Position numbers and translations under genes: made by a program. The notes below the pieces were generated by a model. That model was not told the origin of the DNA, ran no database searches, and worked only from the letters and a program-made list of their open reading frames with translations. Below, one piece after another: positions 48,978 through 62,586 of a DNA stretch of 64,000 nt. Within the stretch, counting starts at the first letter, position 1; each line of letters starts with the position of its first letter. The stretch covers positions 186,064,001 through 186,128,000 of the forward strand of contig NC_058368.1 of the NCBI RefSeq assembly GCF_018350175.1, in the 5' to 3' direction. This stretch comes from Felis catus. Taxonomy: Eukaryota.

Positions 48978-51364
48978 CTGAGAAAGACACAGGAAGTGGG
49001 AGAACTTATTGAAACTTTTCAAGAGATAAGCAACTGACAGCTGGAAGTCACATCTGGGTGGTTTTTACGTCTATCTCTGCTATCACTTGCGGATTTGAAC
49101 AAGTCCTCTTGATCTCAATTTCTTCTTTAATAAAAATCAGGAGAAAGTTAACTCTTCCCTTCTCTCAGCCACCCAAAGAAAGGAAATCCTTTTCAATTCT
49201 ATCTCTGAAATATTTCTTAAATTACTGCTCTCCTTTCATCCCCAAGTTAGCTAGACAGACTATCTCATCTGCCTCCAACTTTTTCTATACAACTTGCCTC
49301 TTCCTCCATCTTGTTTCACAATTTATGGAGGTTTAATAATAATGCCACAAAGGAAGAAGAGCGCTCAGAGAAATGTAGAGCAAGATAGAGTATGCAGCTC
49401 ATTTATCTGAGGAAGAGCACAGTGTTCCCATGAAGTGATTCATTCTAGGAACAGCAGGTTGAGAAAGGAGAAGTAAACACAGTTAATTCTGCAGTAGTGA
49501 CATTGAGTGAGAGTAAGGGTATTGAACTGTTTAAAACACCATACATGTATAGCATGAGAAATATTTTATGTAGCCTCCAAGATGCTAGGACTTAAAGGAA
49601 ATTGCATACAGCATTCAAATATTTACCCTCTCTTTAATCTTTGAAAGATCCAAAGACTAAAGATATTTAGTCTACATGTTTACATGGCAACTATTATCTG
49701 TTACTATGTAGGAGTTGCCCATCTCCAGGAGATATGCATATTTGTGACTTTGTTCATCTCTACCCTGCTTACTCCATCAATTTATATTGCCTGCCTTTCT
49801 CTTATAGGTAGTGAAATTTAGGTCTCTTGTCTTAAGAGAATGCAAGGTGATGCTCCTAAAATAACAAGGTAATTCTATTTATACATTCTAATTTATATAT
49901 TCTAAACCAGATATGTTTTTATATACTTGCTTTTTACCTAACTTGCCCTGGGGACTTGCACAAATCCCAGATAGGCTTCAGTTTGTGCATCTGAATAGGA
50001 TATAATATTTACCTCACAATATAGATATGTAAATTAAGTGTTTAAAGTATTTGAAAACAGTGAAAACCAACTTAGAGCTTACCAATTAAGTAGTTGTTGC
50101 TGAAGATTGCACCGGAATTTTGGAAGCAGTGCTGGGGTTTTCTAGAGTAAGAACTGGTGATTAGGAATCCAACCTGCCTTAAGCAATTTAATGGCCATCT
50201 ATTTTGGAATGTTCCAGGCATCCATAAAATCTTCTTTCAATAACATCTTAATTGTTCTCATTGGAGAACAAACCCTTCCATATTAAAATCCATTTAATTT
50301 GGTTCTGGTGGTATTAAATTCATGTCTGGCTTTAGGAGTAATTGTATGGCTCAGACTTCAGCCATTTAAAGCATGGCAACCGTCTCCCTCTGCCCTCTGT
50401 CATACACAAAGAGTGATTTGTTCAGAAATGGGTAAGTAGACAAACCAGAACTAGTGATGTAGGTGATGCACTCATGGGATGTTGTTGAGATGATTAAAAG
50501 AATCTCTAACTCCTTCCTGTCCTCGGACAGTGAGGATATAACTCTGGACTGTCAGAGGCCACCTAGTGGAAATAGCATGGAAGTATCCAACATAATTTCA
50601 GCAAAGCTGGCTGAAAAATGGATACCAGAGAGAATAGACTTCATGATATATTCTTGGACTTTGGTATATTTCGGTTCTGTGAGTCAGGAGATGCCAACAC
50701 CAATTTCACCAGTTTTCAGGGAGAGCCCTATGAAAATGAACCCAACACAGACCAAAATGTAATAGAGAAGTAGAGACAAACTGAGGATTGATGCAATTAT
50801 TTAATTTCCTGGATCCTGTGGTACCCAATATCTGCCCGAAGTCTTTCATTTATACAAGCCAGTAAGTTCATGTTTGTATTTCATCTAATTTGAGTTATAT
50901 ATTGTTACTTGAATCTTGAAGACTCTTTATAAATATATTACAGGGTCAACACTTTTTGCCTTGATATGTAGCCTTTAATTTTACAGTTCATTTTATTATT
51001 CATGAATGACTCCTGTGAATTAGTCTGCTCTAATTCAGCCAAAAAATCCAAGAAAGACCATAGACCATCCCTGCCATATACTCCTAAAGTATCTCCCAGT
51101 GGCCCTTCATATAGTATATAGTAGACTCTAAATAGATGATGCCTGGTAATAAAGATTTGTTGATTGATGGGGAACAGTGGATGATTGCTATTTGTAAGAG
51201 TACATTTGATGGATGAACTAGTAATACAAGCTGACCTGGTGGTGGGGGTTGGGGGTAGGGAGTATTAAATAACTTCTATCCACACTAGTATCCAGAAGCT
51301 TAATTTCATATTTTCTTATAGTCAAGGAGCACTAACATGTATAATAATTGCCTACAAATAATAA

Positions 51365-51590
51365 TGACACTGATAATAGCTAACTAATGTGAATTAGACA
51401 CTTTATGTGCCATATACTCTGCTGGCCACTTCAAGTGCATGTTATCATTTAATCATGTAACAACCATGTGAGGCACAGAACTTACTGTCCTGATTTGACA
51501 AATGAACTTGGGGCTCATTATAATTAAAAGTTTTTCCTAGCGTCTTATAGTGGTGGTACTGTGATTCAAATCCACGTAGTTTCCCAAGAC
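51365..51590 (-). mobile_element. MIR
   Basis: ataatagctaac…atgtgcca…tcatttaatc…aacaaccatgtgagg…gattcaaatcca. Confidence 0.7.
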
Positions 51591-52407
51591 TGTGTTTTGT
51601 ATAAAGTCCATGAATGTTTGACAAGAGAACAGGAATTCAACCACCAAAGACTTTTACTTATCAGTTAAGAAAGATGTGCATTCAAGTCAAATCATTTCAA
51701 ATATTCTTCCACATCTGATAAAAATCTATCCAGCACCTTTTGCATAGTCTAGTAATAGACATATACTAAAACACATTTTTTATTTCTATAGATTTGCCAG
51801 GAAAAAAAGCTAAACTAAACAAGATCTTTTCTGGCTCTATATTCTGTTTTGGCAAAATTTGAAAAGATACAGTTTTTCACAAACTGTGTCTTGGATAAAT
51901 TATTCAAAGTGTAACTTTTCTTCATTGCTTTCAAATACCACATTGGCCTTATGTCCTTTACAGGCCATGGACTTACTCAGAGTGAGAGTTCATTCTTTCC
52001 TGATGAATTAGAAACATCTGTGAGGTTGATCGATTGCTCATCTAGGAAGGACAAAGTGAAATACTATTAATTCTTTATTAAGGTTAAAGAAGCATCAGCA
52101 TTACCAGAAAAATTGATATGCCTCGTCAGCTAACTGAAGGTTTATGTTCACTTGATATATTGAATGTCATCTCTTATGTGAAGTCTGATTTATGCTTATG
52201 TGATTAGCTTTCTAGAAATACATAAACATTTTGTTTCATTTTAAGTATATGTTCTTTTTAGGGTAATTTAGCTTATTTCGCTACTAGAATATGTAACAGT
52301 TACTTGACCTTGGAGAATGAATATATAACAATTATGCAGAAATCAAAAATTGACTCAATTGGAAAAGACAAAAAGATGAAATCTAAATATAAACACAGAA
52401 AAGTTTA

Positions 52408-52600
52408 GAGGCACCTGGTTGACTCAGTCAATTAAGCATTTGACTCTTGGTATCAGCTCAGGTCAGGATCTCATGGTTCATGTGTTCCAGCCCTGAGTCA
52501 GGCTCTATGTTCATAGTACAGAGCCTGCTTGATATTCTCTCTCTCCCTCTCCCTGCCCCTCCCCCTTTTGTGCTTTCTTTCAAACATTTAAAAAATACAT
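52408..52600 (+). mobile_element. Can-SINE
   Basis: TSD taaacacag(a/g)aaagttta at 52390 and 52602. Confidence 0.92.
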
Positions 52601-53849
52601 TTAAACACAGGAAAGTTTATGCTGTGATCTATTACAAATTAAATCTTAATATCCTTCCATTTCTTTAAAGAACCATTACTTCTACAAACAGGAAAAAAAA
52701 AATGGCCTAAAACCTTTTTGAATCTTAAAAGGTCAAACTTGACTGTATGGAGTTATTTTTAGTTATGCTTTGTAATATCTTTAACAATCAAGAAGATAAG
52801 AGACTTATGCTTCTATTATCTCAGATGATACAAAGATCAAAGCTGGTATTTATTTTTTTTTAATAATTACAATGTAATATGTATTAATAAAGTTACTTCT
52901 CTAAAAAGTATTCATAACTAAAATGATTTCCAGAGCCCAAATAAGAGTCAAAAGTGAAAAATATTAGAAGAATCTATAATCTGTTTAGCTCATCATAAAT
53001 CGACTTTCCATTTGTAATACCAAAGCAAAGAATTTAACAAAGCTTAGACAGATTATGGATTCTTTAACTATAATTAAACCTTTTTCATAGTCTAAGGTCT
53101 GAGTGACAAAGCTAGACTCTGGAACAATTTAAGACAGTCAACATTTTAGTAAGGATAAAGGCCATAGAAAATCTGATTAAAGGAGGCTTTTGAAACATTG
53201 ATATTAAAAACTTTATAGGACATAAAGCAAATTCCTAAAGAAAAGGAGTCCTGTGAGTATAAGCTTTAGATAAAAGGACTAAGACTTATGTGCCATCTAT
53301 ATTTCTGATTTGGTTACATATTTATGAATATGAAGAACAACATTACTTCTTTATGAGGAATGTGCAGTACAAACAGAAACGTGTTCTTTCAAAAAAGCCT
53401 CTGAATATCTTCAGGAGATGACTAGACTACAGCTTTAGTATCTCCATTGTGAATATAAGAAAATCTAACTTATTGGAAGACTAATGGGGTGGGGGGAGGT
53501 CAGATTTCCAGGCTAAGAATATGTCAGAGAGCAGGACTAAGAATTGTCCAGAAGCAAGCCAGAAAAATATCACTGAGTTCAACCAGTAGAAAGTGGTTCC
53601 ATTTGAATCCAGCAAGATTAAATTCTTCAATTCTCTGGATACACATTTTCTTTTAGTTAAAATACAACCTAATAGAATGGAAAGCAATTTAAAGAAATAG
53701 ACAAAAGTACTTGTTTTATAGATTTATTTTTATTTTGCTTTAATATCTGAATTCTCAAACATTAGACTCTTTAAAGTAGACTCAATTTGCACAAAGTATA
53801 CACATTTTTAGAACCAAGTCTATATCTAATTAATAACTGCTAATGGTGA

Positions 53850-54070
53850 ACAATGCATGTAAAAAAGACTGTGTTAAACTTTATGTATATAGCATACATT
53901 AAGTTATATAATCATTATCCTATGAAGTGGGTACTATTACTTTTCTAGTTTATCCATGTAGGCACAGTGAGACTGAGTTATTGACCAAATATTCAGCTCT
54001 TAAGTAAAAGGAGTGAACCCTGAACCCAGACGTGTTCGAGAACCTGTCCTCTTAACTAGGACATTGCACT
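53850..54070 (-). mobile_element. MIR
   Basis: cctatgaagtgggtactatta…ggcacagtgag…tgaacccaga…ctcttaac. Confidence 0.65.
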
Positions 54071-55432
54071 GCCTTCTTCTTAAGTGGAGACACTCTTATT
54101 TTTAACATTTAGGAGAGTTGCTTTTGCCTAGCTGGTGTTTGCTAGGAACAGAAAAGTATCATAATGACTCTTGTATAATACATAGCAATTTAGCATCTTT
54201 TCAAAATGACTGTGAAAGTATTGGGTATTAAATGATTCATGACAAAAATCAAAATCAGTCATTTTCTGAGGCATGAGATAGGAGGAAAGGATGGACTAAA
54301 GAGAAGCAAGCAGATAACTTGGAGTTTTCTTGAGTATTATGATAGCTATAGTCTTTTTCTGTCTCACACATCTGTGTGTATGTGTATATATATATATGTA
54401 TATATATGTATACACACTCAATGAAATATTCAACTTACATTGGTAAATTTTTCTATATATAAATCCTACCACAATAAAGCTGATTTTTAAAATATTCAAA
54501 CTTCAACTCAACATTTTAATGTAATATTAACACTTTTCTTATTTGATAAATGTTTAAGAAGGTATGAGGACTTGATTTTTTGTTAGGTAAGTTTTGAGAT
54601 TTTTGACAGTATTATACAGAGAAGAAATACTTTTCCCTCAAAGCCATATTAATAGTCATTATAGCTATTCTTATTTTGGTGATAGCTATAAATTGTATAG
54701 GGTAATGAGTATGTACAGAAAATGTCAGAATTTATCTTTCTACTTATCAGTATTTTTCATTCAACAAAGTAGGATTTTCAGAAATTACATTCATCTTAGA
54801 AATGAATTTAAGTAATGGTTTTGGAACTATACATGGATTCTAAAACTTTATGTGTATTCTGAAATAAGGCATTCACTGAAAATAGTCACTTTTGCCATTT
54901 GGCTACACCCATGGTGATAGAATATTGATTCAATACTTAGGTTAAAATCATATGTTCTCTAACTTATTTTCTGATGCTTAATAAGTACATAGGGTAGAAG
55001 TTCTCTCACTATTTTATTTGGATTAATTTCCTTGCTGCCATTTTTTTTCAGGAATGATTAAAGTAAGTTTCCTGATTTTGATAAGGAGGGTGGCAAGATA
55101 AATTTTTCATTTCCACTTTTGAATTAATGCATTTTTATTACCCTATCTCTAAAGTCCAATGAATTACAGTTCATTTAGTTCAGCATGCCAGAGGTAGATA
55201 ATTTTATTTTTACATTTATCTTTATGGATAAATTTTATTTTCTATTATGCAACCAAAGTTTTCCCTGTATATCAAAGAAGAATGTTGTAAGATAGCACAG
55301 AGCTATTCTCTGCCATTTTTACATTATGTTTTTTTTAAAGATATAGAAAATAAAAGGACATTGTGGCTAAAAAGCCCTATTTTAGGTGGCAAAGTTGTTT
55401 ATCAATATTGCTTCATAAACTCACGAATGTAA

Positions 55433-55434
<2 letters not shown>

Positions 55435-55480
<46 letters not shown>
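55435..55480. repeat. (TG)n microsatellite
   Basis: Seen directly. Confidence 0.95.
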
Positions 55481-55482
<2 letters not shown>

Positions 55483-55865
55483 AAAAAGTAGATTTCTAAT
55501 GAATGCTTTTCTGTTCTTAGGAACTTTTAGGTAGTACTAAAAGCTTTGGAGTAATTTTACAACCCTAATATGATGCCACACTTGTCTTACCAACTGGGTG
55601 AGTTAAGTTGGAAGATGCAAAGTCCCTCACTTTGCATCAGTTGACTTTGATACCATTGTTTCAAAATCAAGGCTCATGAAATCTTAATTTAGAGGGATTC
55701 TAAACAGCAAATTTAAGACAATTCTGAAAAAAGTTTTAATGTTAGTTAATAGCATGGCCTATATAGGATACAGATCTCCCAATTCATATTTCAGTAAAGT
55801 CTTTTTGATTTCCTAACAACTTTGACTTATTGAAGAAAAGGAAAATTATTAAAACTTTGCTGGCA

Positions 55866-56315
55866 TTTCTCTTTCTGCCATCTTGGAACTTGTGGAGGCC
55901 TGCCAGGAACAAGACTTCTAAAAACGACAAATATGTCTGGAAGACAATGGTCCACAGTCATTTTTGCTATAAGCAGGGTCTCTGGAACAAGAGGGAGCAC
56001 ACAGCTCCTCTGAAAATTGAAGGTGCTTATGCTCGAGATGAAACTGAATTTTATGTAGGCAAGATATATGCGTATGTGTAGAAAGCAAAGAACAACACAG
56101 TGACTCCTGGTGACAAACCGAACAAAACCAGAGTAATCTGGGGAAAAGTAACTCATGCTCATGGAAATAGTAGTGGGATTTCTGCCAAATTCCAAAGCAC
56201 CCTTCCTGCTAAAGCCATTGGCCACAGAATCCATGTGATGCTGTACCCCTCAAAGATTTAAACTAACTGAAAAGTAAATAAAAGGTGTAGATTTGTTTTC
56301 TTGTAAAAAAAAAAA
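55866..56315 (+). pseudogene. RPL35A: Processed pseudogene of 60S ribosomal protein L35a
   Basis: Pyrimidine-rich 5'TOP-like start. ATG at 55933 gives [11 protein letters not shown], then a 4-nt deletion frameshift, [37 protein letters not shown], a premature TAG at 56079-56081, then [30 protein letters not shown]…[19 protein letters not shown] and TAA at 56259-56261. AATAAA at 56277, poly(A) at 56305-56315, no introns. Confidence 0.97.
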
Positions 56316-57264
56316 GTTAAGTTTTTTTCTGTTAAGAAAACACAAGAACTAATGTTCTCAGTAAAAAAAAAAAAAAAAAAAAAAAAGATGTCTTAATATA
56401 GCTAACCAAAAGCTTATCTTCACTAAATGTATTGTATGTTTTTTCTGATGTACAACTTAATTTCTGCATTTCAATGTTTTGTTAATAAAATGAGCATTTC
56501 ACTTATTAAAATCTATGTATACATTTTGCCTTACATGAGTTTCTCTTTTCTACTGATATATACTTATTTGGTAGCCTTGAATAAAAGGTACCCTATTCTT
56601 ATAAGGTCAAACTTGATAGTAAGGAGATATTTTCAACAATGAAAACAAAATCAAAATAAGATCTTAGTTATGTATCTTAAAATGAGATACATTTTAAGAA
56701 AATAATTTAAAATACAATAAACTTAAGAAAATTGTGGATAGCTTTGACAGGTGAACCAAAATTCCTTTGATTACCAAAAGTCCAAACGGTTTCATTACAG
56801 TAACCTATTAGAGCAGTCTTAGAAGAGAATCTATTTGTATGCTTATATACTCTACAGATAGAGCTAGAAATTTCCATTAAATATGTAATTCCATTCCTTG
56901 GATTTTAGTATGTTGCCTTTACATTATAATTTAGTTTAGATTACATAGAATGGTATTTCTCATTTCCCAAGCATAGGGAGTAATTTCCTGTTGATTATAC
57001 CTCAATTTCTCTATGGGTAGACAATGTATTCTTCATTGCCCAGTACTGTAATATTTTAGTCAATGTTCTAGATGCAATAACACACAGTATTTATTCTTTG
57101 TTGTGTTAGTAGAACACCCTATTTGTCATAAATCCAGTTTCTTCATCTATTCTTACTGATTTTTTGTTTGCTTGTTTTCTTTTAGTTACAGAAAGAGTTA
57201 TTTTCATTTATTATTGTGCATTGATCTAGTTACCATTTTAGTTACAATGACTTTAGTTACAATG

Positions 57265-58956
57265 ACTTTTTTGTACTAAGAACACTTAACATGAGATGTA
57301 CCTTCCTACAGTTTTAAGTGTATAACAAAATATTAATAGACAAACTGTTGTGCAGATCTCTGGAACTTTTCATCTTGCATAATTGAAATTCTATTTCCAT
57401 TGATTGGCAATTCCCTACTTTCTACTCCTCCCAGCCCATCAACCATGATTCTACTTATTTTCTATGACCCTGACTAGTTTAGACACCTTGCATGTAAGTA
57501 GAATCATGCAGTATCTGTCCCTCTTTGAATGGCTTATTTCAGTTAGCATAATGTCTTCAAGCTTCACCCAAGTTTTCACTTTATGTCAGGTATTCTTTTT
57601 CAAGGTTGAATATTCCATTGCATGTATATACAACATCTGTTGATGGATATTTAGGTGGTTTTCACATTTTGGCTGTTGTGAATTATACTGCAGTGAACAT
57701 TACAGTGCTAATATCACTACAATCTCTGTTAGTATCTCAATGACATTTTTTTGCAGACAAATAAAACAAAATTCTGAAATTCATATGGAACCACAGAGGA
57801 CCCTAAAAAGCCAAGACAATTTTTACAAAGAACAAAGCCAGAGGCATCACATTTCCTGATTTCAAAATATTTTACAAAACACTAATAACAACAACAGTAT
57901 GGTGCTGGCACAAAGAGAAACCCAACAGAATAGAGATCCTAGAAGTAACTAACAGTTATGGTTGCCTGAAACACACAATGGTGAAAGGAGAATCTCTTTG
58001 AAAATGGTGTTGAGCAAATGGCAACAACTGAATAGCCACATGCACAAGAAATAAATTGGAACCCTATCTTATACTGTACACCAAAATCAACTCAAAATGG
58101 ATTCAAGGCAGATTTCAGACCTGAAACTGTACAATTCCTAGAGGAAAACATAGGGGGAAAATTCCATGACACTGGTCTTCGCAATGATTTTATGGATAGG
58201 ACCAAAAAAACCCAAAAACAAAATAGACAAATGGGACTACATCAAACTACAAAGCTTCTACATGCAAACAATCAACGATAGTGTGAAAATGCACCCTATG
58301 GGTTGGAAGAAAATATGTGCAAAATATATATTGGGTAAGGTGTTAATTTCCAAAATACGTAAGGAACTCCTAAAACTCAGTAACAAAAACAGACAGAAAA
58401 CCCTGATAATCCAAATTTAAAAAATGAGCTCAAGACTGGAATAGACATTTCTTCAAAAAAGACCCACAAATGGCCAAATACTATCTGGAATGATCCTCAA
58501 TGTTACTACTTGCCAGGCAAATAGCAATCCAACCCATGATGAAATATTACCTCCCACCTATTAGAATAGGTATTATCAAAAAACAAAAACAACAGGTATT
58601 GGTCAGGATGGAGATAAACTGGAACTTTTGTACACTATTAGGGGAAATGTAAAACGGTACAGCCACTGTGGAAAACAGTATGGAATTATGGAGTTTCTTC
58701 AACAGAGAAAAAAAATAGAACTATGATATGATCCAGCAATCCTGTTTCTGGTATTTTCCCAGAAAACAGATCAGGATCTGTTAGCACATCAGGATCTATT
58801 AGCACATCAGGATCTATTAGCACATCAGGATCTATTAGCACATCAGGATCTATTAGCACATCAGGATCTATTAGCACATCAGGATCTATTAGCACATCAG
58901 GATCTATTAGCACATCAGGATCTATTAGCACATCAGTGTTCACTACAGCAGTTTAC
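57265..58956 (-). mobile_element. L1 (L1MA-like) with a ~1.2-kb inverted 5' segment
   Basis: 57265-57715 is the L1 3'UTR and end of ORF2 on the minus strand. 57730-58956 is ORF2 on the plus strand (KIDKWDYIKLQSF; aaattcatatggaacc). Confidence 0.88.
58770..58936. repeat. 18-bp minisatellite (atcaggatctattagcac) x9 plus 5 bp
   Basis: Eight identical units plus a first unit with one substitution. No spacers. Confidence 0.97.
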
Positions 58957-58983
58957 TGAGAGGTGTCTTCAGATTACATGACT

Positions 58984-59105
58984 GTGGCACCTGGGTGGTT
59001 AAGTGTCCACCTCTTGATTTCAGCTCAAGTCATGATCTCACAGCTCATGAGACTAAGTCCTGCGACTGGCTCTGTTCTGACAGCGCAGAGCATGCTTGGG
59101 ATTCT
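58984..59105 (+). mobile_element. Truncated Can-SINE (no CT tract or tail)
   Basis: ggcacctgggtggttaag…tcatgatctcacag…gcttgggattct. Confidence 0.85.
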
Positions 59106-60299
59106 TGTACTGCTTTATTTCCCTGTTGAAATTACACCTTTTATCCCCCAGTATGGATAGTTCCTTATACTTGTAAAATTTCTTAAATTCTACTTTATCT
59201 GATATTATAATAATTAAGCAATTCTCCATCTTTCAGTGCTTTAAAGATGACCTTTAATTTTTTTCTGCCTTCCCCACTTTCAAAATGCTGCTGTGGGCTA
59301 CTCCCCTGAATATATTATGTCCTTTTTCCCCTCCTCTCTTTTTAATATTTTCTCTTTAGATTAAGAATTTTAACACAATATGTCCAAGACTTGTTTCTTT
59401 GGTTTTATTTTACTTAGCATATCTAGAAACACTTGACTGTGAGATTTAGCTCACTAGTTTTGGAAAATAGTAACTCTTTAAATATTATCTAGAGCCATCC
59501 ACTCTGAGTTTCCAATTTGAAAGTTTCTGGAATTTATGTGTATTTTAATGTTAAAAAAGCACAAGAGAGATTTTTTTCTTTGTTCCAAAACATATTTACT
59601 CTTTCTTTTATTTCTTTTTTTTTTTCCTTTCTGGGCTTCAACTTTGACATTTTCTACAGGCCTATCTTCCAATGCATTCTGTTTTCTGACACGTGTAAAT
59701 AACTACTAAAGCCATTAATTATGTTTTAATTTCATTATAATCATCCTTCTAGTATTTCCTTCTGACTCTTTTAGAAAGCTGTACTTAGATATTTAGCAGT
59801 AAATGGGCTTCCAAAGTCATTCATTTTCACAAATTGGGAAGTACAAATGTATAATTTTATGCTATCACTTATAAATATCCAGGTACTTAAACTCTGAATA
59901 TAAGTAGATATACAATGACTTTATCATCAACAGAATATATTTTCCTTAAATTCTAGAGATGAATTATATGCTAGAATTTAACAGAATTCTAATGGATAAA
60001 TTATGAATAAATTATGAATAAAAAGTGAATGAATATAAGCTCAGGGTTGGTGGGGGCATGGATATTGGTTTGTCTTTTCATTGCTGTGTTCCCAGCATGC
60101 AGAAGAAAGCCTGGCACAGAATATGTGCTCTTGGATGTTTCAGTTGAATAGATGAATTAATAATCAAAGTGGAGGTAAATGATCAACTCAGTTTTTTTGC
60201 ATTTTTTCACCTTCTCGTGGAATAAGATCGCAAATTAATCTCTGTGAGCCACTAATCTAATTAATACGAACAGCAACATTAAAAGATATTGTACAGCAT

Positions 60300-60870
60300 G
60301 AGTGGCTTTGACTGTGTAATATTAATGAAATGAAAGATTTTGTGATAAAGAATATTATCAGAAATAAAACTGGCATTTCATGATATAAAGGATCCATTCA
60401 TATAGAAGATAAGGCTGAATATGCATGTGCTTAATGGGATTCAATATATAATGATGGAAACATTGATAAAACTAGAGGAGAAAATAGAAAAAATAGACAG
60501 TCATGGAGATTTTAATAGCATCTTTCAGTATATGATAAAATATATACATATCAAATATCCACAAGAATACTGAAGATTTAAAAACCAGCTTCAAGCAACT
60601 TCTAATTGACATTTTAGAACACACTGAACAACTTGTAGGATACACATGTCTTTCAAATACATAGGCAATATTTACCAACATAAACCATACAGTGGGCAAT
60701 AAAACCAGTCTCAATGTATTTTAAGGGTAAAAATAAGTACACCATATTTTCTCGTCAAAAGGGTACTAAGTTAGAAATTATTAATAACTAGTTGTATGTA
60801 AAGGTCTCCATATATCTGGAAATCAAACACCACACTTCTAAATAATCTATGGTTATGTGAAGATAGCACA
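60300..60870 (+). mobile_element. Old L1 ORF2 endonuclease-region fragment
   Basis: catggagattttaatagc…gaatactgaagatttaaa…aattgacattttagaacac…catagtggg-like…aaaccagtctcaat. Confidence 0.75.
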
Positions 60871-62389
60871 AAAGGTATTAATAATTGTTTGTTTATGCTC
60901 CAGATTATTATTAAAGTCCTGGTATTGAACTGCTGTTAGTGAGGAATTATCTATGTTCCTTCCATGTCTTCCATTATTAAATGAACTCCAGCAACCTCAC
61001 TTAAAAAGTAAATGTAAGTAATTTTAAAGAACTGGGATTAAGATGAGCATTCCAAAGACCTAGAGGATAAAATGAATTGGAAGAGCCTGAATGAAAAGAG
61101 TGGCTACCTGACTTACAAACATCCTGGCAGAAAGGGGTCAGGGCTATTCAATACCAGCCAAAAGAGGTTTGCCTTACAGGGATCTTTGACAGACACTTTC
61201 CCACTTCATGGGGTAGATCTATGTTGTGCAGAATAAGCCTTACACATGGGTGGCCTCACAGACTGATTTATAAGATCCTATCATCACTATCAACATAAAA
61301 TCCTCACAAAATGCACCATCTCAATGATTTAATAATCCAGTAAGTGGATTCAAAATGTTTTTAGAAAAGAAACTACTGTTAGTTTGATTTATATTATTGC
61401 AAAATAACAACAGTGTCCTAGAGACTACAGACCTTTCTCCCTGAGATGAATGTTTATTTTCAAGATTAGTTTTCTTCTCTCCAATTAAATCAGATTTCAC
61501 TTCTCCCTTATCTGCTGTGTTCACCTGGCCAAGGTTTTGTGATATTCCAAGCCTCAACAAAAGTACTACTTTTTTACAAACCCATTCCTAACTTTGCACA
61601 GATACAATTGATGGTTATTCCCCATGTGTTCAATAAATGCTTCCACTACATTCTACTGCCCTTCACTGGATACACAACGCCAGTCTCTGTTGCAGACACT
61701 GCAATTGTATTCTTAGTTAAGCCTCCCAACAACCCACATGACAGTATTGTGGTTTTAGCACTGCCATTTTCCCAGAGAGGAAATTAAGCCCATCTTCTAA
61801 TTTCCAGTGATCAGTAAGTACTACAGATAGGATTTTAAATCAGATGAACTGAGTCCTAAACTGATGCTCCTGTCCACAATGCCTGCCATCTACTCAACTG
61901 TAGGTTATACAAAAGTAGATTTATAAATACTGTAACATAGAAGATATATCAAAACATGAAAAAGTATATATTGTAATACTGATTCTTCCTCCTACCATAT
62001 CCATCTACCCAAAGTATCTCCAAGTTTTCTACATATTTACCCTCTGAGTCTTTAAATCTGTAATCCTTTATGACCAAAGCATCTTTTCTCACCTTGAGAA
62101 CCTCTTGCAATCACCCTGATACTTTATTTCAATCTTTTTCTCAGTCTATTATCCATAGAGAAGCAAGAATGGATCTTTTATAATGCAAACTATATTTTAT
62201 CACCCTAACTTCAAAATTGTCAATGGCTTTCCACTGCTTCTTGTGTAAGATCTGACTCCATTTCCTTTTCCAGCACCATCCCATACCACATTAACACTCA
62301 TGCAGTATTGTCCTGGAGCACTGGCCTCCTCTCTTTTCCTCAAAAGTTCCAAGATTTCCACCTTGCCCCCATCTTCCAACTTAACTCTG

Positions 62390-62586
62390 GTTGTTGTTTT
62401 TTTTCTTCAAGTTTATTTATTTATTGGGAAAAAGAGTGAGCAGGGGAGGAGCAGAGAGAGAAAGAATCCCAATCAGGCGCCATGCTGTTGGCACAGAGGC
62501 TAAAGTGGGACTCAATCCCATGAACCATGAGATCACGACCTGAGCCGAAATCAGGAATCAAACACTTAACTGACTGAGCCACCCAA
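62390..62586 (-). mobile_element. Can-SINE within an L2 fragment (~62100-62760)
   Basis: agaatccc…gagatcacgacctgagccgaaatc…gagccaccc. Confidence 0.9.

Noticed and set aside
49808..49868. AG…GT-bounded segment with a strong acceptor
   Set aside because: Stops occur in all three frames and there is no other support.
50240..50910. 99-aa ORF (50463-50762) and a possible LTR16/ERVL-like relic
   Set aside because: There is no recognisable protein similarity, and the repeat resemblance is too weak to assign by eye.
55521..55597. AG…GTGAGT-bounded segment
   Set aside because: Stops occur in all three frames, so it is most likely a pseudo-exon.
55827..56234. 135-aa minus-strand ORF and 83-aa plus-strand ORF (55830-56081)
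   Set aside because: These are the antisense frame and a frameshifted fragment of the RPL35A pseudogene. There is no evidence of independent coding.
58770..58936. CRISPR-like array, or a VLIDPD repeat protein (ORF 58686-58943)
   Set aside because: The units are head-to-tail with no unique spacers and the context is a mammalian L1. The ORF arises only because the unit is 18 bp and stop-free in one frame.
251..62503. Many ORFs containing MAQSVK…SGHDL…, SAQVMIS…, SLSLSL or ERERER
   Set aside because: They are translations of Can-SINE bodies and microsatellites.
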